This document shows positions 23,535-30,775 of a stretch of DNA of 32,000 bases, piece after piece. Source of the DNA: Geotalea uraniireducens Rf4. GTDB lineage: Bacteria; Desulfobacterota; Desulfuromonadia; Geobacterales; Geobacteraceae. Under the pieces are notes generated by a model that was not told the origin of the DNA, searched no databases, and worked only from the letters and a program-made list of their open reading frames with translations. A program made the translations under genes and the position numbers. Position 1 is the stretch's first letter. Each line of letters begins with the position of its first letter. The stretch lies in assembly GCF_000016745.1 (NCBI RefSeq), contig NC_009483.1:930001-962000 (forward strand), in the 5' to 3' direction.

Positions 23535-24419
23535 CTATGTAGCTCTAAAGGGTATGGTCGAGCAGCTCACTGCCGGACAGACTATATTCTGCGATTTCAG
23601 TAACATTTCTACGGACGCAGCGGACAGTGCCCTCTCAATTGTTGGACCAACATTGATTTCATCAATAATGAGATTTTCGCTTTGGAGAGACAGAGGTACT
23701 TCTAGGTAAGGCACGACCATAGACGTACCAGCTCGGAACTTTATGGCGCGTGAGCCTTGTTTTGTCTTCAGAGCGGCCATAATTCTCCACTCTTTCTCCT
23801 CAGCGAACTTCGGGTGTTTCAACAAAGGCGCCAGTTTTATGAACTCCAGCATGACATCAGAAAGAAGTCGCTTGGCTTTCTCGTCCCATGCCCTCTTCTT
23901 ATCAACCGAATTGCCGACGTCGTCGGCGAACCTTTTAGCGAGGTCTGACAGAAGCTTTTGTATCTCACTAATTTGTTCGTCCCGATCGTAGATAACTTTC
24001 TTGATCGAGAAACGGGCACTTTCGACTAAAACCTTAAGCCGGTCAAGGCTAAAACCCAGACTGAAACCCTGCCCAGTTCTGGAGTACCCTCGCCACTGGC
24101 TTAGAAGATCGCCTTCCTCCGAGAAAGAACAAACAAAAATACCTATCGTTTGAGAAGGTAACAGCGTATTTATGTTGTCCTCAAAACTCTCAAGAAAAAA
24201 ATGCCCTAATGATTTGTCCAACGTATCCGTCTTCGCAAACCCCTCGTTCGTCTTGCGAAATACAGTAAGTTCTTCCTTGAGAAGGTCTTTTGCGTAGAGA
24301 AGTTCACTGGCATCATTAAGATACAGGATATTTGTTGCCCATATAGACGCACTCTCGGTGATTCCGAGTAGGCCCTGTAATGAGGTGTAGTGAAAGAGCA
24401 TTCTATCTTTAGTTACCAT
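23535..24419 (-). CDS. DUF2971-family protein (cassette ORF)
   Basis: The ATG at 24419 follows GAGGGAAGGA (track start 24545 would run through the attC-like site). LFHYTSLQGLLGI ... ILYLNDASE ... LSQWRGYS matches my recollection of the DUF2971 pattern (hYHYT ... NDP.E ... W..Y). Confidence 0.7.
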   Translation of the reverse strand: MVTKDRMLFHYTSLQGLLGITESASIWATNILYLNDASELLYAKDLLKEELTVFRKTNEGFAKTDTLDKSLGHFFLESFEDNINTLLPSQTIGIFVCSFSEEGDLLSQWRGYSRTGQGFSLGFSLDRLKVLVESARFSIKKVIYDRDEQISEIQKLLSDLAKRFADDVGNSVDKKRAWDEKAKRLLSDVMLEFIKLAPLLKHPKFAEEKEWRIMAALKTKQGSRAIKFRAGTSMVVPYLEVPLSLQSENLIIDEINVGPTIERALSAASVEMLLKSQNIVCPAVSCSTIPFRAT

Positions 24420-24436
24420 ATCCTTCCCTCGCTTCT

Positions 24437-24496
24437 CGCCAACGGTGCCGAGGCGCACCAGCGCGTCAGCGTCTGCGTGCCGCCGAGTGGTTGTGT
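24437..24496 (-). other. attC-like recombination site
   Basis: Minus-strand reading: ACACAAC cactc GGCGGCACGCAGAC gctgac GCGCTGGTGCGCC tcggcacc GTTGGCG. It begins 4 nt after the stop of the 137-aa ORF. The R'' box ACACAAC is the exact reverse complement of GTTGTGT at 24938-24944. Confidence 0.65.
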
Positions 24497-24499
24497 GTC

Positions 24500-24913
24500 T
24501 CACTTCCAACGATGACCACAACTTTTGCAACCATACCTCTTCCAAAACAGAAGCAGTGGCAGCGAAATGAGAAGGGTAAGCGCTGCAAATTTTCTCGTGT
24601 AATTCTTTGTTTCTATTTCTGTCGCACCACAGACCGGGCAGGCGGAGTCCTCAAGGTGTTCTTCTGATTCCTCTGATGCCTCTGATGCCATAGATTCTGT
24701 GGTTTCCTCAAGAATTGCCTTTGCTTCTTCTGCATTTTCTTCAGGTACATTTAGCTTCACTCCACCCAAGGCGTTCGAGTAAAGCCAGTTGGCGCCAATA
24801 GTGAACTCGTTGTCGAGGAAGCAAGTGATTCCTGCCGACTCAAGCCTCGATTTGGCAAGGCCCGCTTCCGGTAGATCCCTAAACTGAGCAATTGTTATAA
24901 GTCCGCCCGCCAT
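24500..24913 (-). CDS. DUF2007-like N-terminal domain protein with an acidic linker and a TM-split zinc ribbon (cassette ORF)
   Basis: RBS AGAGGAA. The N-terminus ITIAQFRDLPEAGLAKSRLESAGITCFLDNE is like the putative signal-transducing DUF2007 fold. CPVCG ... TM helix (FAALTLLISLPLLLFW) ... CKSCGHRW. Confidence 0.7.
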   Translation of the reverse strand: MAGGLITIAQFRDLPEAGLAKSRLESAGITCFLDNEFTIGANWLYSNALGGVKLNVPEENAEEAKAILEETTESMASEASEESEEHLEDSACPVCGATEIETKNYTRKFAALTLLISLPLLLFWKRYGCKSCGHRWK

Positions 24914-24937
24914 TTATTTTCCTCTTTCTTTTTCATC

Positions 24938-25030
24938 ACACAACTCGTTATTGACCAGTTCACGCGCGCGCATGAACCGGTGATCTACCCAAACGGAATA
25001 TTTAATCTGTGAACATTAAAACATATTAGC
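24938..25030 (-). other. class-B boundary element, copy 2 (ends in GTTGTGT at the cassette start)
   Basis: Hairpin ACCAGTTCA cgcgcgcgca TGAACCGGT. The core is shared with copy 1. The minus-strand 3' end reads CAATAAC ga GTTGTGT. Confidence 0.6.
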
Positions 25031-25096
25031 AAAGCAACTGACCAGAAAACGGCCATCTTCCAAATTGCTTCCAAAGGATGTTGACAGGAAAACCGC

Positions 25097-26020
25097 TCAG
25101 TACGCCACTTCCCATATTCCGGAAGGCGACCGCACCACAATGAGGCGGGGCGGAAAGGCCACGGAAATAGCCATTGCAGCGCACATCCGGGCTTCGTCGC
25201 CTTTGATGCGTGCGAATGAGCTCTCGTCAAACGGGTAGAGAGGAGCGCCATCTTTGCGGCTGACTACAACTTCCGGATTCCCGGTCATGGCGAAATCGAG
25301 TTGATTCCGGGTCGGGGCCGCGACCCGTATGCCTGCCGCATACGCCTGATCGAGGCATCTTGATTTTTTTACCTCAACCGGGTTCATATTCGGATTTTTC
25401 CCCAGCAATTCGTAAATGTAAGCGAAATCCGGTTTGAATGCCTCCGCCCGTTTCTTCACAATAAGGGCCAGGCTTTTCTTGTCTTCATCGCTAAGCGAGG
25501 CCATTGGCGGATAATGGTGCCATGGAAGGTCGGCCGCGAAGTCCGCGACAAATTCGCGTTGTAACACAACCTTGCCCATCGTCTTTTTGTCCTCCTTGCC
25601 CGCGTCGCTCTGGTTGGTGGCTTGATAGCGTCCTCCCTCGCTTTTCTCGGTGGACTGGTCCATCACTGACACCCAGCTAATCTGCGCATTGTAAGGCTTT
25701 TTGGCATCGGCCGGCACGAACTCGATGCGGATCGAATTCTTGCCCTTGCGCAGCGCCGCCCCCAGCGAACTCGCAGGCACCCATATCGACGGCGAGATAT
25801 CGCGTTCCTCAAACAGGACCTGGACGTTATCTTTTCGCACCTCCTGCTCGGCGAACAAGACATTGTTGATAAAAACCCTGGCATTGCCCGGTACGGTTTC
25901 GACCTGATCGGACTTTAACGGATCGCCGACATAGGGCGTGAATTTGAACTCCACATTGATTACCCCGGCCGTAGCCACCGACGTCCAGAACAGGATTAGA
26001 AACAATGGTATTTTGTACAT
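25097..26020 (-). CDS. hypothetical exported protein (307 aa)
   Basis: Signal peptide MYKIPLFLILFWTSVATAG. No motif recognised. GC content is host-like. Confidence 0.7.
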   Translation of the reverse strand: MYKIPLFLILFWTSVATAGVINVEFKFTPYVGDPLKSDQVETVPGNARVFINNVLFAEQEVRKDNVQVLFEERDISPSIWVPASSLGAALRKGKNSIRIEFVPADAKKPYNAQISWVSVMDQSTEKSEGGRYQATNQSDAGKEDKKTMGKVVLQREFVADFAADLPWHHYPPMASLSDEDKKSLALIVKKRAEAFKPDFAYIYELLGKNPNMNPVEVKKSRCLDQAYAAGIRVAAPTRNQLDFAMTGNPEVVVSRKDGAPLYPFDESSFARIKGDEARMCAAMAISVAFPPRLIVVRSPSGIWEVAY

Positions 26021-26084
26021 GGGCTACCGTCCATTTTATGATCTGCGCTGTATTGAAGAATAATTCTTCCACCTTTGTCACCCG

Positions 26085-26471
26085 CTATTTGTGACACTTC
26101 TTGCAGGGCTCGAAATTGTTATTATGGTGACAGGTCATAAGGCACCAATGGACATCGGGTTTGGCAGCATTGGCAAGGTTCCTTGCGGCCGGCGGCAATG
26201 GGTGCGGCTGATGACAATTGCTGCACTCAGGGATTCCCTTCGCCTCTTTCGAATCATGAGGCACGTATCGGTGCGGGGTAATCTTTTCGCCGCTCGCCGC
26301 CACATAGCCCGCGGTTGCCGCAGCGAGCTTATCGAAAGGTCCGTGGCAATCCAGGCAAGCTTCCTTGGAGTTTGCCGTCGTCTGACCATTGGTTTGGGAT
26401 ACGCCGGTCAAGACAGCGGTTGTCACGAATAAAAACACCCCGATCCATTTGATGAGAAATTTTCTTTCCAT
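26085..26471 (-). CDS. periplasmic tetrahaem cytochrome c
   Basis: The ATG at 26471 (MERKFLIKWIGVFLFVTTAVLTG is a signal peptide) is preferred; the track start 26786 overlaps the upstream gene. Haem sites are CLDCH, CSNCH and CKKCH plus an atypical CLMTCH (CX3CH). Confidence 0.8.
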   Translation of the reverse strand: MERKFLIKWIGVFLFVTTAVLTGVSQTNGQTTANSKEACLDCHGPFDKLAAATAGYVAASGEKITPHRYVPHDSKEAKGIPECSNCHQPHPLPPAARNLANAAKPDVHWCLMTCHHNNNFEPCKKCHK

Positions 26472-26499
26472 GACTTTCCCCGGCGATTCCCCGCTCCCT

Positions 26500-28296
26500 T
26501 TATTCCGTCGTTTTCTCTGCCGCGGCATTCCTGCCTGCGATGTAACCCTGACAAATGGCCCGGGCCAGACCGTGCTGGCTGAAGCCGCCGGCAGATTCGC
26601 CGCCGCAGTAAAGACCAGGTATGACCTTGCCTTGCATGTCTTGCACCTGGCATTTGGCGTTGATCCGCAGGCCGGCGCGCGTATCGTGGATGACGGGCGT
26701 CGCCCAGGCCGCGTAAAAGGGAGGTCTGGCGATCTTATACTTGGGAGTCGGTTTGCCGAAGTCCTCGTCCTTGCCTGTATCCACAAAGGAGTTGTACCTG
26801 GCTACCGTCTCTTCCAGATTCTTCGAAGGCATGGGGACCCGTTGATACTTCATAGCGATGTTCGTTGCCAGTTCCGGGATCGTATCGGCGGCGAAGAAGA
26901 AGCCGGCATCCATATCCACGTTGGGAGGTTTCGGGTTCCATCTCTCCCTCCTTACTGCATCGGCGTCAAAGATCGCCCAGATCGGGCCGCCGCCGTTGTG
27001 ATTATCTCCGATCCCCGCCAGAGCCGCATTGATAAAGTTATTGGGCTTATACTTGATGTTCGCTGCATTCAGGTAACTGCCGGGGACGTAAGGATCGATC
27101 ATTCCCGCATTGTTGGAGGTGAACTGATCCCCGGTCTCGTCATAGAAGCGCTTGCCCAGCATGTTTACGAGGATGACGTTTTGCCAATCCGCGACCCGCA
27201 GGCCGGACGCGCGTGCCAGGTTGAATACCGGACTTCCGGGCATCCATTGCAGATTCCGGTAATTGTACTGGCACCCGATTAACCCCGGTTTTGTAATAAC
27301 GTCGCCGAATTCCCCGGTTTGATTATATAAACCCCAAAGAGAGGCTCCGATTCCCATGGCGGCAATCTCTCCGCTGGCGTCTTGATCAGACCAGGGCATA
27401 CCTGCCAGGCCGCAATACTCCTCGGTGAGACGAGGATCGAACATCCGGCGGAAATTTACGTTGCCCGACGATCCGCCGGTGGCGATAATAACGGCCTTCC
27501 TGGCCCGGATGTTCAACTTGGTCCCTTTATTGTCCACCGCAATCCCCCGCACCCGGCCCGAGTTCGGGGGGTGTCGGTAAATGTCCGTCAGCTTGTGTTC
27601 AAGCAGGATTTGCACATCCGCCTTCTTCGCAGCGACTTCCAGCGTCCGCATCAGACCGCTACCGGAGGAGGTTCTCGATTGAACCGTGGGATCGACCGGT
27701 TTGCCTGTCTGAACCGTCGGCCAGTGCATTGCGGACGCATGCATTACCCGTGGGACCGAGTTTCCGACCGACATTCCGCTCAGGGTGTCCGGGGTTTTGT
27801 CGACAAAGACGACTCCGTGGGCGACCAGCCACTCAAAGGCCGGAGCGCTGTTGTCGGCAAAGGCCCGGATGATCTCTCTGTCGTTGTAGCGGTAATCCGG
27901 GAACCCATTGGGCTGAACGATGGACCAGTCGGTCAGGTCCTGGAAGAGGAGGTCGGGCGAATCATGGATACCGGCCTTCTTCTGGGCGCTTGTCCCGCCG
28001 CCCAGCGGAATATTTCCCTTGCTCACGATGGCATGTCCTCCGATGTCAAAAGAGGCTTCGACCAGAATGACCTTTGCTCCCGCTTCCCGTGCGACAATAG
28101 CGGCGGGGAGGCCCGTAGCCCCTGCACCGATCACGATTACATCCGTCTCTTTGTCCCATTGGGTCGGATTCTCCTTCGCGGAAAGCTCCCCCTGTTGAAT
28201 AAGAACACCGGCTGTGGCGACTGCGCTTGCCGCGGCCGATCTCTTGAGAAACTGGCGTCGACTGATTCCGTTTTTCTTCTCTTCATTGTTTGACAT
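26500..28296 (-). CDS. Tat-exported FAD-dependent oxidoreductase of the flavocytochrome c / fumarate-reductase flavoprotein type
   Basis: Twin-arginine signal SRRQFLKRSAAASAVATAG. FAD Rossmann motif DVIVIGAGATGLPAAIVAREAGAKVILVE. The C-terminal GLYCGGESAGG is typical of FccA/FrdA-like flavoproteins. A tetrahaem cytochrome gene lies immediately downstream. Confidence 0.8.
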   Translation of the reverse strand: MSNNEEKKNGISRRQFLKRSAAASAVATAGVLIQQGELSAKENPTQWDKETDVIVIGAGATGLPAAIVAREAGAKVILVEASFDIGGHAIVSKGNIPLGGGTSAQKKAGIHDSPDLLFQDLTDWSIVQPNGFPDYRYNDREIIRAFADNSAPAFEWLVAHGVVFVDKTPDTLSGMSVGNSVPRVMHASAMHWPTVQTGKPVDPTVQSRTSSGSGLMRTLEVAAKKADVQILLEHKLTDIYRHPPNSGRVRGIAVDNKGTKLNIRARKAVIIATGGSSGNVNFRRMFDPRLTEEYCGLAGMPWSDQDASGEIAAMGIGASLWGLYNQTGEFGDVITKPGLIGCQYNYRNLQWMPGSPVFNLARASGLRVADWQNVILVNMLGKRFYDETGDQFTSNNAGMIDPYVPGSYLNAANIKYKPNNFINAALAGIGDNHNGGGPIWAIFDADAVRRERWNPKPPNVDMDAGFFFAADTIPELATNIAMKYQRVPMPSKNLEETVARYNSFVDTGKDEDFGKPTPKYKIARPPFYAAWATPVIHDTRAGLRINAKCQVQDMQGKVIPGLYCGGESAGGFSQHGLARAICQGYIAGRNAAAEKTTE

Positions 28297-28457
28297 ATCT
28301 CTTCGTCCGTTCAAAATTTCGGTAGAAAAGGGTTCAGGTTTTGAAGCGGGACAATGCGCCGTGTGAGCCCTGCTTCCATTCTCCCACTGAATTAAACATT
28401 AAACATCCGCGTAACTATTTGTTCTACATGAAGTATTGGCGTTGGATAACATTCCGG

Positions 28458-28487
28458 AAAGGATGTTGAGAGGAAAACCGCTCAACA
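28458..28487. repeat. perfect 10-bp-stem hairpin shared with 25073-25100
   Basis: GGATGTTGAG aggaaaaccg CTCAACATCC. Positions 25073-25100 read aaaGGATGTTGACaggaaaaccgCTCAG, the same 5' arm and loop with a decayed 3' arm. Confidence 0.6.
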
Positions 28488-28638
28488 TCCAGCGAGCATT
28501 TTCTCCGCAGCGCCTTTAATAAGAATCGAATATATAACTGAAGCAAATTATTTGCAAAGGAGAATTGACCAAAATAAATGATTGAGGAAATCGGAGGAGA
28601 TATTAAATCGGGGACGCTGCAGCCGTCTCCGGCTCGGC

Positions 28639-29070
28639 TCAGAAGAATTCCAGCAGGCTTTCGTCGATCCCCTTGAGTGTTTCGTACCAGAACTCCCGTG
28701 CGGCCTCGACCCTGTCCCGGTCGAACTTTTCGAGCCATTCCCCCAGCCGGGGGTCCTGCTCACGGTCGATCTCCTTTTTCCCGTGATTGTCCGTCGAGAG
28801 GCACTTTACCGGGCAGACCTCGACGCACAGGTTGCAGGTGCAGCACTTAAGCCGGTCGATCTGCCACGCCTTGCTCTCCTTGGTGACAACGATGGCGTAG
28901 GTCGGACAGCGCCTGCCGCACATGCCGCAGAAGATGCACCTGTCGATGGCGTTCTCTATCCTCCCCCGGGTGATGGCGGTAAAAATCCGCTCCCGTTGGG
29001 GATACATGAGGGTGGCCGGCCCTGTGACCAGGTTTTTAGTTACCGTTTTCGTCATCGTGAAAATTTTCAT
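28639..29070 (-). CDS. 2x[4Fe-4S] ferredoxin-type hydrogenase subunit (EchF/HycF/NuoI-like)
   Basis: CIFCGMCGRRCP and CCTCNLCVEVCP cluster motifs. It follows the hydrogenase large subunit directly. Confidence 0.8.
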   Translation of the reverse strand: MKIFTMTKTVTKNLVTGPATLMYPQRERIFTAITRGRIENAIDRCIFCGMCGRRCPTYAIVVTKESKAWQIDRLKCCTCNLCVEVCPVKCLSTDNHGKKEIDREQDPRLGEWLEKFDRDRVEAAREFWYETLKGIDESLLEFF

Positions 29071-29082
29071 GGTGGCGTGTCC

Positions 29083-30162
29083 TCACCTTTCCGTGCAGCT
29101 GATGCACGGGTCCAGGGTAAGAATGATATTCGGCACGTCAGCAAGCTGCGATCCCTTCAGTACCTTGACCATGGCCGGAATGTTGCTGAAAGTGGGGACG
29201 CGCACCCGGAACCGCTGGAGAAATCTGGCTCCATTCCCCTTGACGTAATGAATCACCTCACCCCGGGGCTGCTCGACCCGGGAATAGTATTCGCCGTCGG
29301 GGGTCCCCGTTACCTTGACGTCGACCGGCCCCGCGGGAATTTTTCCCACCGCCTGGCGGATCAGATCGATGGCGTGAAAAATTTCCCGAATGCGCACGCG
29401 GCACCGGGCATGGCAGTCACCCGCGGATTCCACCACCGGCTCCACCTCCAGATACTTATAGGCCGCATAGCCGAGGGCCCGCATGTCGATGGCCAGACCG
29501 CTGGCCCGGGCCATGGGCCCGACACAACCGAGCGTATAGGCATCCTCCCGGGAAAGGAACCCAACTCCTGCCAACCTGTGCTGCACGGAGTAATCGTTGA
29601 GAAAGACGTTGCTGAGCTCTTCCAGGGCTCCTTTCAGGGTGGTCAGGCGGTTGACGATCCCCTTCAGGCTGTCGCCATCGATGTCCCGCCGTACGCCGCC
29701 CACCTTGCACACCCCCAGGATGACCCTTCCTCCGGTGGTTTCTTCGAATATGTCGAGCACCGGTTCCCGCAGCCGCATGGCCTGCATGAACAGGCTCTCG
29801 AAACCGAAGGCGTCTGCAGCAGCCCCAAGCCAGAAGATGTGACTGTGAATCCGGGACAGCTCCGCCCAGATGGATCTCAGGTAAAGGGCGCGCTGCGGCA
29901 CCTCGATCGACATGATCTCTTCCACAGCCTGGCAGTATCCCAGGCTGTGCATGAAACTGCACAGGCCGCAAATCCGGTCGGCAACGTGGGCGAAGTCGAT
30001 AAAATCCCGTTTTTCGACCAGCCGTTCCAGTCCCCTGTGGACATAGCTGATGGACGGAATGGCGTCGATAACCTTTTCATCTTCCGTCACCAGATCGAAG
30101 TGAATCGGCTCGGGAAGAATCGGGTGTTGCGGTCCGATAGGGATGATGTTTCTCTGGGCCAT
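29083..30162 (-). CDS. group-4 (Ech/Coo/Hyc-type, NuoD-like) [NiFe]-hydrogenase large subunit
   Basis: The N-terminal Ni-Fe ligands are RICGLCSFMH (RxCGxC) and the C-terminal ones are DPCISCTER (DPCxxCxxR), with the protein ending right after the motif. The 359-aa size is typical of Ech-type enzymes. Confidence 0.85.
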   Translation of the reverse strand: MAQRNIIPIGPQHPILPEPIHFDLVTEDEKVIDAIPSISYVHRGLERLVEKRDFIDFAHVADRICGLCSFMHSLGYCQAVEEIMSIEVPQRALYLRSIWAELSRIHSHIFWLGAAADAFGFESLFMQAMRLREPVLDIFEETTGGRVILGVCKVGGVRRDIDGDSLKGIVNRLTTLKGALEELSNVFLNDYSVQHRLAGVGFLSREDAYTLGCVGPMARASGLAIDMRALGYAAYKYLEVEPVVESAGDCHARCRVRIREIFHAIDLIRQAVGKIPAGPVDVKVTGTPDGEYYSRVEQPRGEVIHYVKGNGARFLQRFRVRVPTFSNIPAMVKVLKGSQLADVPNIILTLDPCISCTER

Positions 30163-30166
30163 GGCG

Positions 30167-30553
30167 TTAACCCTTCTCCTTCTGCGGCGGCGGTTCCGAA
30201 AACTTCACATTGCCGATGCTGAACGGCGTGCTGATCGCGGTCCGGTAGAGCGTGCCCCGGTAATCGACGGTTATGTGGGTAATGGTAATGCCGAAGAGAT
30301 CGTGGATCTCGTTCTCGTACAAAAAGGCATTGGGATAGATCACGCTGATGCTCGGCACTTCTTCGTCCGGCCTCACGGTAAAGCGCAGATTTCTGAAGCG
30401 GTATTCCCGGTCAAAGGAGTAGGTGAGCTCATAGGCTTCCGGCAGCGTTGTACAGCCGATCTGCACCAGCCGGTACCCTTCAGCGAAGAGCTGCGCCACG
30501 ATCCCAACCAGATCGCTCTTCTCGACGGGCACTATTTCCTGGGGTTCACTCAT
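30167..30553 (-). CDS. NuoC/EchD-like (complex I 30-kDa family) hydrogenase subunit
   Basis: The ATG at 30553 follows GAGGAG. LTYSFDREYRFRNLRFTV ... SVIYPNAFLYENEIHDLFGI resembles the NuoC/HycE N-terminal family. The stop is 4 nt before the large-subunit start. Confidence 0.7.
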   Translation of the reverse strand: MSEPQEIVPVEKSDLVGIVAQLFAEGYRLVQIGCTTLPEAYELTYSFDREYRFRNLRFTVRPDEEVPSISVIYPNAFLYENEIHDLFGITITHITVDYRGTLYRTAISTPFSIGNVKFSEPPPQKEKG

Positions 30554-30775
30554 GATTAACTCCTCGGTTGATATCATAACTCCCCCTGCCCCCCTCTTAT
30601 CTTAAGAGGGGGAACGTATCACTCCTCCCCTTAAGCTAAGGGGACCCAAAGGGCCTAAAGAGGTTGGGAGGGGTTATGGAAACTTCTTCTGCTGCTCATA
30701 TTTCTCGTCGAGGATCGCGCACGCCTTGAGCATGCCATCGATGATTGCTTCAGCAGCAGTTTGAGAGAAGACGGA

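Noticed and set aside
26389-28293. Two long plus-strand ORFs (26389-27282 and 27382-28293)
   Set aside because: They are antisense to the Tat-signal FAD flavoprotein and the cytochrome c gene, and their composition is Arg/Gly/Pro-rich.
28441-28447. GTTGGAT heptamer identical to the R' box of the 23347-23418 site
   Set aside because: It lies outside and upstream of the arrays, is not part of an RYYYAAC...GTTRRRY palindrome, and is adjacent to an unrelated hairpin. It is probably coincidental.
28582-30222. 546-aa plus-strand ORF, the longest ORF in this region
   Set aside because: It is antisense to three minus-strand genes that carry unmistakable motifs (RICGLC / DPCISCTER NiFe ligands and two CxxCxxCxxxCP clusters). 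Its translation is Pro/Gly/Arg/His-rich with low complexity, which is typical of the antisense frame of GC-rich genes.
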